Shown one piece after another: positions 19,772 to 27,195 of a stretch of DNA of 64,000 nucleotides (its first letter is position 1; every line of letters starts with the position of its first letter). Source of the DNA: Fidelibacterota bacterium (GTDB taxonomy: Bacteria; Fidelibacterota; UBA8477; JABMPR01). Made by a program: the position numbers and the translations under genes. The stretch lies in contig JABMOS010000145.1 of assembly GCA_013203185.1 (NCBI GenBank), positions 8,294 through 72,293 of the forward strand, written 5' to 3'. The notes under the pieces were generated by a model. The model saw only the letters and a program-made list of their open reading frames with translations, made no database searches and was not told where the DNA came from.

Positions 19772-19777
19772 AATTAA
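19559..19777 (+). pseudogene. GxxExxY gene remnant (internal deletion of the core)
   Basis: The 72-aa product keeps an N-terminal stub (MELKHSEITDKIL) and the family C-terminus (LLNYLKATDIEVGLLINFDQKPNFKRFV). It lacks the GxxExxY and D..ExK core. Its last about 12 codons are read-through of the repeat arm. Confidence 0.6.
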
Positions 19778-19779
19778 TT

Positions 19780-20613
19780 ATGCAATTTTATCAACCTACT
19801 TCTATGCGTGAGTTTATTGAATTGAGCTCAAGCCTGTCAGATGAGTTCGCGACCTTCCTTGCTGGTGGAACTGATTTATTGCCCCGTTATGAACGTGGAC
19901 AAGCCATGCCTGATCATCTCATTGATCTCAAGAAACTTTCTGATCTTTACCACATCAATATTAAAGATGACGTCATTCAGATCGGAGCCTTAACCAGTAT
20001 CCAGGTAATTCAAGAGAAACCACTATTCCAGTCTGAATTTATGGCCCTGCACATGGCCGCACACGATTTTGCAGGCGCTCAGATCCGTCATCGTGGGACC
20101 ATAGGTGGAAATATCGTCAATGCGTCGCCTGCAGGGGATTTATTGCCAGCGCTCTATGCTTTTGGTGCCGTACTCACGTTAATCGGACCAGATGGTGAGA
20201 GACAGTTACCCATTCAAGATTTTGTTCTCGGTCCTGGCAAAACGGCCCTTAAGCAGAATGAAATTCTTGTGACCATAAACTTAGAACGAACCCCGTATAA
20301 ATCTACCTTCCATAAAGTGGGTCTGCGTCAATCCATGGCTATTTCAGTGGCGAACCTTGCATTCGTTTATTCTGAAAAAAATGGTGTTTTTGATTATCTC
20401 AAAATCGCGGCTGGAGCTGTGGCTCCTACCATAGTGACACTGGATAAATTGACCAGTACAATTCTTGACAATACCAGTACGCCAGAAGATTGGCCCCTAC
20501 TCATAGAGGCAGACATTTCGCCCATAGATGATATTCGAGCGACGGCAAAATATCGAAAACAGGTTGTGAATAATTTGGTACAAGCATTCTTGAGAAGAGA
20601 GTTGACTGTCTAA
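19780..20613 (+). CDS. Xanthine dehydrogenase family FAD-binding subunit (YgfM/CoxM-like, set 1)
   Basis: 277 aa. LAGGTDLLP and HRGTIGGNIVNASPAGD FAD-binding motifs. Confidence 0.85.
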   Translation: MQFYQPTSMREFIELSSSLSDEFATFLAGGTDLLPRYERGQAMPDHLIDLKKLSDLYHINIKDDVIQIGALTSIQVIQEKPLFQSEFMALHMAAHDFAGAQIRHRGTIGGNIVNASPAGDLLPALYAFGAVLTLIGPDGERQLPIQDFVLGPGKTALKQNEILVTINLERTPYKSTFHKVGLRQSMAISVANLAFVYSEKNGVFDYLKIAAGAVAPTIVTLDKLTSTILDNTSTPEDWPLLIEADISPIDDIRATAKYRKQVVNNLVQAFLRRELTV

Positions 20614-20614
20614 G

Positions 20615-23600
20615 ATGAACGATAGACTCTATCCCCTCCCCCTCCAGCATCTTATTACCTGGATGCTATCTGAGCTTAAAAGCGATCAGCTATTTGGGAT
20701 CCAGAAGGACTTATTCTTCACGCCTGACAAAACAGACCCTTTTCGTATGCAACGCTATGGCCAACTGTTAGAAACCCCCATAGGGGTAGCCGCTGGTCCA
20801 CATACTCAGCTTTCCCAGAATATCATCGCGGCCTGGTTATGTGGGGCTCGTTACATGGAGCTAAAAACCGTCCAGACACTGGACGAGCTTGAGGTAAGCA
20901 AACCATGTATTGATATGCAGGATGAGGGCTACAATTGTGAGTGGTCCCAGGAGCTCAAGCTAAAGCAATCCCTGGATGAATATCTTAATGCCTGGATAGC
21001 CATTCACATTTTGAAGGACCATTTTGGCTGGCAATCTGATCAAGGTGCTGGTGTGATTTTTAACATGAGTGTGGGTTATGATCTTGATGGGATAATGAAA
21101 CCCAATGTCCAACATTTTATGGACCGTATGGAAGACAGCCAGGAATTATTGGATGAGAAGTTGAATCTCATCGAATCCATATATCCCAACATTAAGAACC
21201 TGAATATTCCTTCCCGGATGACGGATAATATTACCCTATCCACCATGCACGGATGTCCTCCAGATGAAATTGAACGCATTGCGACCTATCTCATAAAAGA
21301 GCGCAAGTACCACACGGCTGTAAAACTGAATCCCACGTTGCTAGGCCCCCATCAACTACGTCAAATATTGAATCACGACCTGGGTTATGAAGCATCCATT
21401 GTTCCTGATGAGGCATTTGCCCATGATTTAAAATATCCTGATGCCTTAAACCTCATTGGCAATCTCCAAACTCAGGCGGAAGAATCTGGTGTGGAATTCG
21501 GTTTAAAGTTGACCAATACGTTGGAAGTTCAAAACCACCGACCCGTTTTTCCTGAAAATGAAACCATGATGTACCTCAGTGGCCGGGCACTGCACCCCAT
21601 CAGCATCAATCTCGCAGCAAAACTTCAACAAGACTTCCATGGAAAATTAGATATCTCTTTTTCAGCAGGGGCAGATGCCTTCAATGTGGCTGACATTCTG
21701 GCATGCAATCTTCGTCCTGTTACCACCTGTACAGATGTGCTGAAACCTGGCGGATACACGAGACTGGGACAGTATCTGGAGAACCTGAAACAGGCCATGC
21801 AACAAGCTGAATCGTCGAGTCTTGAAAAGTTTATCGTGGGAAAGGATACATCTCAGGATATAGATAATGCTGGGTTAGACAGATTGATCCAATACGCAGC
21901 AAAGACCATTTCTAATCCCCATTATCATAAGCGAAATCACCATTTTGATTCCATTAAAACCAAACGTCGTCTGGGAGCATTTGATTGCATATCAGCCCCT
22001 TGTGTTGATGCCTGTGCAGCTGATCAAAATATCCCTGAATATCTTTATCACACGTCTCAGGGTAATTTCGACAAAGCTTTTGAAGCCATTCAGGATACCA
22101 ATCCCCTGCCTGGCGTCACAGGACATGTCTGTGATCATTTATGCCAGTTAAAATGCACCAGGAATAATTATGACTCGCCCCTTTTAATCCGTGAGATCAA
22201 GCGTTTTGTGACTGAACAGGAAATTGCAAAGGTTGGTACTCCTAAAATCACAGGGAAAGGATACAAGGTTGCTGTGATTGGAGCTGGTCCCGCTGGATTA
22301 TCCTGTGCCTATTTTTTGGCTAAACAGGGTATTTCTGTAAATGTATATGAGAGCAAATCATTTGTTGGAGGTATGGTCTCTGGCGCCATCCCGGAATTCA
22401 GGCTAAGTGACGAAACTATTAATCTTGATATCGATATTCTGAAAAAAATGGGAGTCAATTTTCATTTTGATAGCCCCGTTGGTACGGAGCTCTATACACA
22501 GATTCAAGAATCAAGCGATGATATCTTTATTGGTGTTGGCGCTCAACGAGCTTTGAAGCTAGGGGTTGAAGGTGAAACCCTTTCTGGTGTGTTAAACCCA
22601 TTAGAATTTCTTGCTGAAGTCAGACTGGGTGCTCGTCCAGATCTCGGTGATAATATTGCCATCATTGGAGGTGGCAACACAGCCATGGATGCTGCCCGCA
22701 CGTCGCTTCGATTGGCAGGTGAGTCAGCAACCGTCAATGTCATCTATCGACGGACTATGTCAGAAATGCCAGCCGATATTGATGAAATCGAAGCTGCGCT
22801 GGCTGAAGGCATCACCTTCCATGAGCTCATAGCGCCAATACGATTTGAAGGTGACGACAAGGTGCAGCAGATTCATTGTCAAAAAATGGAACTGGGTGAG
22901 CCTGATGCCAGCGGTCGCCGTCGTCCAGTACCTCTGGATGGTGAGTTCCTGAAGTTTCCTGTGGATACTGTGATTCCATCAATTGGCCAGGCCATTAGCG
23001 TAGATTTTATTGGCGAGGATGATCTTCAGGTGAACTATGAAACCTGTAAAACAACCATTCCCCATGTGTATGCAGGCGGCGATGCCGTGCGGGGTGCCTC
23101 CAGCGTCATCAATGCCATTGGAGATGGACAAAACGCAGCCCGTCACATTCTCCAGAACATAGAAATACCGACGATTCCCAATAGAAACGCGCCACGACTC
23201 ATATCCATAAATGATCTAAAAGTTAAGGCCGCTAATCGTGAGTATGGAATCCATCCTCCTCTGGCTGAGCCAGACAACTCCCAGAAGTTTCCAGAAGTCC
23301 ATCGAACCCTGACTCAAGAAGAGGCTGTAGCAGAAGCCTCGAGATGTTTGTTATGTGATGATTATTGCAGTGTCTGTGTGGGGGTTTGTCCAAATCTCGC
23401 CAATCTCACTTATATGGTGAAGCCTGTGAAATATGATATCCACGAAATAGAACTCGTGAATGGCGAGCAAGTCAATACAGCCACCGGACAACTTGATATC
23501 AATCAAGAGCCACAAGTATTGAATATAGGTGATTTCTGCAACGAATGCGGTAATTGCACCACCTTTTGCCCCACCGCAGGGGATCCCTATCTCGATAAAC

Positions 23601-23902
23601 CACGATTACACCTGTCTGAGCAAAGCTACCTTGAATCAAAGGTAGGTTACCTGATTTCAAGCAATTCTATCCGAATTAAAAACGATGACTATGAGGCCTC
23701 CATTATTCATCAAGATGGCGACTATAAATATACTTCACCCAATACTCAGGTCAGTTTTGATGGCAAATCAAAAAAGTTTAGGGCTGTTGAATTAGGTTCG
23801 GAATCAGGAACATTTAGTACACGCGAACCTCTTGAAATGATCCTACTTTATGAAAACCTGAAAGATCATCCAATGCTAATTGGACACAAAACTAAAGAAT
23901 GA
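20615..23902 (+). CDS. ygfK: YgfK-like large Fe-S flavoprotein (TIM-barrel N-domain + 4Fe-4S + GltD-like FAD/NAD(P) domain + ferredoxin-like C-terminus)
   Basis: 1095 aa. The N-terminus (PIGVAAGPHTQLSQNI...MELKTVQ...KPCIDMQDEGYNCEWSQE) closely resembles my recollection of E. coli YgfK. VAVIGAGPAGLSCA and IIGGGNTAMDAAR are the dinucleotide folds. Cys clusters CxxCxxCxxxCP lie near the C-terminus. Confidence 0.85.
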   Translation: MNDRLYPLPLQHLITWMLSELKSDQLFGIQKDLFFTPDKTDPFRMQRYGQLLETPIGVAAGPHTQLSQNIIAAWLCGARYMELKTVQTLDELEVSKPCIDMQDEGYNCEWSQELKLKQSLDEYLNAWIAIHILKDHFGWQSDQGAGVIFNMSVGYDLDGIMKPNVQHFMDRMEDSQELLDEKLNLIESIYPNIKNLNIPSRMTDNITLSTMHGCPPDEIERIATYLIKERKYHTAVKLNPTLLGPHQLRQILNHDLGYEASIVPDEAFAHDLKYPDALNLIGNLQTQAEESGVEFGLKLTNTLEVQNHRPVFPENETMMYLSGRALHPISINLAAKLQQDFHGKLDISFSAGADAFNVADILACNLRPVTTCTDVLKPGGYTRLGQYLENLKQAMQQAESSSLEKFIVGKDTSQDIDNAGLDRLIQYAAKTISNPHYHKRNHHFDSIKTKRRLGAFDCISAPCVDACAADQNIPEYLYHTSQGNFDKAFEAIQDTNPLPGVTGHVCDHLCQLKCTRNNYDSPLLIREIKRFVTEQEIAKVGTPKITGKGYKVAVIGAGPAGLSCAYFLAKQGISVNVYESKSFVGGMVSGAIPEFRLSDETINLDIDILKKMGVNFHFDSPVGTELYTQIQESSDDIFIGVGAQRALKLGVEGETLSGVLNPLEFLAEVRLGARPDLGDNIAIIGGGNTAMDAARTSLRLAGESATVNVIYRRTMSEMPADIDEIEAALAEGITFHELIAPIRFEGDDKVQQIHCQKMELGEPDASGRRRPVPLDGEFLKFPVDTVIPSIGQAISVDFIGEDDLQVNYETCKTTIPHVYAGGDAVRGASSVINAIGDGQNAARHILQNIEIPTIPNRNAPRLISINDLKVKAANREYGIHPPLAEPDNSQKFPEVHRTLTQEEAVAEASRCLLCDDYCSVCVGVCPNLANLTYMVKPVKYDIHEIELVNGEQVNTATGQLDINQEPQVLNIGDFCNECGNCTTFCPTAGDPYLDKPRLHLSEQSYLESKVGYLISSNSIRIKNDDYEASIIHQDGDYKYTSPNTQVSFDGKSKKFRAVELGSESGTFSTREPLEMILLYENLKDHPMLIGHKTKE

Positions 23903-24103
23903 ACACCTGAAACCATGAAAGTTGGAATTTGAAATTAGGCCTATTGAATAAGACTTGGAAAGAGAGTGAAATATTTTGATACTATCACTACGGTTTAAAA
24001 TCATCATAACTCAATTTCCTGGAAATAAGTATGAAAAAGCTATCTTCGATTAGAGTATATGTGTCGTCAGAGAAAATATCAGACTATATCTGAAGGCTGA
24101 TTA

Positions 24104-24561
24104 GACACGAATCCCACAAAGCACACTAATAGTCACGAAAATGTTTATTGTATAAAAGAATCCGATGGGCGAATGGCTGAGATAATATACAAGGATCTAT
24201 CATATCAAATTGTGGGCTTAGCAATGGAAGTGCATAAACAATTGGGATATGGCTTTCTAGAAAAGGTGAACGAAAACGCGCTTCGCATCCTATCACTGTG
24301 CGATTTAAAGGTGAAATTGTTGGACAGTATTATGCTGATATGCTGGTTGAAGAAAAAATTATTTTAGAACTCAAAGTGGCTGAAAGAATTAGTTCTGCTC
24401 ATAAAGCTCAAGCGCTAAATTACCTGAAAGGAACTGGTCTAAAACTGGCAATAATACTTAACTTTGGTCCAAAGAAACTGGAGAGTCACCATGTGGTCAA
24501 CTGATTTTTTCCTGGTTAAAAACTCAAGAAACACTCGTGTTAATTCGTGTGTTCTTCGTGC
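24104..24561 (+). mobile_element. Cassette D: frameshifted GxxExxY cassette with CACGAA/TTCGTG-type arms
   Basis: Left arm is 24104-24139 (GACACGAA...CACAAA...GTCACGAA). Right arm is 24534-24561 (CTCGTGTTAA-TTCGTGTGTTC-TTCGTGC). The right arm creates the spurious GTG-extended N-terminus of the next gene. Confidence 0.45.
24173..24504 (+). pseudogene. GxxExxY family pseudogene (frameshift/internal deletion)
   Basis: ORFs 24173..24367 (…LGYGFLEKVNENAL, with motif Y replaced by N) and 24298..24504 (RFKGEIVGQYYADMLVEEKIILELK...LNYLKGTGLKLAIILNFG) are the two halves of one family member in different frames, with about 15-20 residues missing. Confidence 0.7.
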
Positions 24562-24578
24562 AATTGGTGTCATATAAA

Positions 24579-25985
24579 ATGTCTTCACTTCTCATCAAAA
24601 ACCCTCTTGCTGTTGCCACCATGAATGATTCTCAGGAAGAATTCTCTGGTGGACATATCCTTATTGATAATGGGGTGATAAAATCTATTGGACCCAACCC
24701 CCTAGATATTCAAGCTGATAAAATATTTGATGCATCAGGAATGGTTGTAACGCCAGGCTTCATAAACACCCACCACCATCTCTATCAAACCCTGACTCGC
24801 AACATTCCATTAATGCAAGATCAACCTCTTTTCTCATGGTTAACCAATCACTATGAAGTTTGGCGAGAACTCACCACTGAGGCTGTTGCAGTTAGCACCC
24901 AGACTGGGCTATTGGAGCTGATGAAAACAGGTGTAACAACTAGTTCTGATCATCTCTATCTCTTCCCATCTAAGGCCAGTCCAGAGCTAATTGACACTGA
25001 AATCGAAGCTGCCAAAGAGCTAGGTGTTCGCTTTCAACCCACTCGCGGGTCAATGTCACTTGGTAGGTCTAGAGGTGGCTTACCTCCTGATGATGTGGTT
25101 CAGACTGAAGATGTCATTCAGAAAGATACAGAAAGATTGTTGGCAAAATACCATGAGGAATCAGACGGAGCTATGACTCGGATTTCTCTGGCCCCTTGCT
25201 CTCCTTTTTCTGTGACAACAGAATTGATGAAGCAAACAGCGGCATTTGCCAGGTCAAACGGTCTTCAAATCCACACTCACCTAGCTGAAACACTTGACGA
25301 GGAGGCTTTCTGTCTGGAGAGTTTTGGGTTACGACCAGTCGGTCTTATGCAGGAATTGAATTGGCTCACTCCAAATGCCTGGTATGCCCATTCTGTGCAT
25401 TTGAACCAAGATGAAATTAAGGTTATGGGTGAAAACCAGGTTGGGATTTCACATTGTCCATCATCAAATATGAGACTGGGCTCGGGGATTGCCAGGATTC
25501 GTGAACTACTCGATGCAAAAGTCAATGTGAGTCTTGGCGTTGACGGCAGTGCCTCAAATGATTCGGGGGATATGCTTCTGGAAATGCGCAATGCCATGCT
25601 CATCTCTCGTTTAAGAGAGCAAAATTACTGGCTTACCGCTCGGGATGTTCTAAGAATGGCAACGAGGGGTGGAGCTGCTGTTCTGGGTCGAGATGATGTC
25701 GGTGAGCTCAGTGTGGGCAAGCAAGCTGATTTGGCTCTGTTCGAGATGAATGGTTTAGCTCAAGCTGGCAGTCTATCTGATCCCATTTCCTCACTGGTCT
25801 TTACCACCCGTCAGCGTTCCGTGGATTGCCTAATTGTACAAGGTAAGATTATCATGGAGAGTGGTGATTCAAAGGTGGATGAAACCGATCTGGTATCTCG
25901 GCACAATCGGATTGCGGCGGAGATGCTAGAAATGGCAACTCAGCGCACGAAAATCGAATTCTCAACCCATCAAGGAAGAGGTTAA
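24579..25985 (+). CDS. Amidohydrolase of the 8-oxoguanine/guanine-deaminase-like group (COG0402-type)
   Basis: Start moved to ATG 24579 (MSSLLIKNPLAV...). TPGFINTHHHLYQTLTR metal motif, HTHLAET, and SLGVDGSASND. Confidence 0.8.
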   Translation: MSSLLIKNPLAVATMNDSQEEFSGGHILIDNGVIKSIGPNPLDIQADKIFDASGMVVTPGFINTHHHLYQTLTRNIPLMQDQPLFSWLTNHYEVWRELTTEAVAVSTQTGLLELMKTGVTTSSDHLYLFPSKASPELIDTEIEAAKELGVRFQPTRGSMSLGRSRGGLPPDDVVQTEDVIQKDTERLLAKYHEESDGAMTRISLAPCSPFSVTTELMKQTAAFARSNGLQIHTHLAETLDEEAFCLESFGLRPVGLMQELNWLTPNAWYAHSVHLNQDEIKVMGENQVGISHCPSSNMRLGSGIARIRELLDAKVNVSLGVDGSASNDSGDMLLEMRNAMLISRLREQNYWLTARDVLRMATRGGAAVLGRDDVGELSVGKQADLALFEMNGLAQAGSLSDPISSLVFTTRQRSVDCLIVQGKIIMESGDSKVDETDLVSRHNRIAAEMLEMATQRTKIEFSTHQGRG

Positions 25986-25987
25986 GC

Positions 25988-26722
25988 ATGTGGTCCTCTA
26001 TTGAACAAATCATTAAACCTGGTACTCTGAGCGAAGCTTCTGTGTTGCTCAAAGAATCGGGATCAGTAATTTTTTCTGGGGGAACTTATCTTGTTTCACA
26101 AAAAGATGCGGAGATACACACCCTTCTTGATATCAATCATTTGTTAAATAATCAGATCAATTTGGACGGAGACGAACTCCACATTGATGCAGGATGCACA
26201 TTGCAAGAAATCGTCAACTTTAATGATCAGCAGCTAAATAGCACCATTCTTTCGGCCTGTCCTTCTAAAAATATTCGTAATCAACGGACCATTGGCGGCG
26301 AAGTTGCCAGATCAAGAACGGACTCCGATATCCTGGTATTCTTATTCGCTTCCAGAACAAAATTAATCCTAAGCGGATCAGACTCACTGGTTGAATTATC
26401 TGACTGGAATGGCGAAGGTATTATTGTGAAGCTGATCATCCCCCCACATGATGTAAAGTTAGAACGAGTAGCCTTGCTGGATTCAGCCCCGGCCTATGTC
26501 ATCGTTGGTTTTAACGAGCTTCACGATTCAAGCGCTGTCTGTGTAGGTGGCAAAACATCAAAAATTTTGTTCTTTCATACCAAATCTGAACCAGTTGAGG
26601 TAGATGTTAGAAAATTTATGGATGAGGTTGAAGCTAGTTTCAATGACGACCATCTTGGGACACGAGCTTACAAACGTCAGTTGGTTTCTTCATTACTCCA
26701 AGAAATGGCGGTGGTGATATGA
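25988..26722 (+). CDS. Xanthine dehydrogenase family FAD-binding subunit, short form (set 2)
   Basis: 244 aa. FSGGTYLV and RNQRTIGGEVA align with the FAD-binding motifs of set 1. Overlaps the next gene by 4 nt. Confidence 0.7.
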   Translation: MWSSIEQIIKPGTLSEASVLLKESGSVIFSGGTYLVSQKDAEIHTLLDINHLLNNQINLDGDELHIDAGCTLQEIVNFNDQQLNSTILSACPSKNIRNQRTIGGEVARSRTDSDILVFLFASRTKLILSGSDSLVELSDWNGEGIIVKLIIPPHDVKLERVALLDSAPAYVIVGFNELHDSSAVCVGGKTSKILFFHTKSEPVEVDVRKFMDEVEASFNDDHLGTRAYKRQLVSSLLQEMAVVI

Positions 26723-27195
26723 CCATCCAGTTCGAGTTAAATGGCCGTCTCGTTGAAGCAAACGCCGCACCTGGAACCACACTCCTGGAATATCTGAGAG
26801 ATGAAGAAGTTCACAGTGTAAAACATGGTTGTGACCATGGAGAGTGCGGTGCCTGTACGGTACTCATGGACAACAAAAGTGTAAATGCATGTCTCATCCT
26901 TATGTACACAGTGAATGGGAGAAAAATAGAAACTCTCGAGAGTTTTTCCACCCACAAGGAGTTACACCCACTCCAGAAGGATTTTCTGCATGAGGGTGCT
27001 GCCCAATGTGGCTTTTGTACCCCTGGAATGATTCTCTCTCTGGAGGCCCTGGATCGTGAAGATGGTGCTACTGATGAAGCCACTATCCGTGATGCCCTGA
27101 ATGGAAATCTATGTCGCTGTACTGGCTACGTAAAGCCGGTGAAGGCAGCACTTGCAACCCTCCAACAATCCAGTAGGACTGGAGGCGATGCATGA
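26719..27195 (+). CDS. Xanthine dehydrogenase family [2Fe-2S] small subunit (set 2)
   Basis: CDHGECGACT and CGFCTPG...CRCTGY motifs. Confidence 0.9.
   Translation: MTIQFELNGRLVEANAAPGTTLLEYLRDEEVHSVKHGCDHGECGACTVLMDNKSVNACLILMYTVNGRKIETLESFSTHKELHPLQKDFLHEGAAQCGFCTPGMILSLEALDREDGATDEATIRDALNGNLCRCTGYVKPVKAALATLQQSSRTGGDA

Noticed and set aside
24537-24578. The GTG-initiated N-terminal extension of the deaminase (MLIRVFFVQLVSYK).
   Set aside because: This segment is the TTCGTG-word repeat arm of cassette D. ATG 24579 gives the typical MSSLLIKNPLA start.
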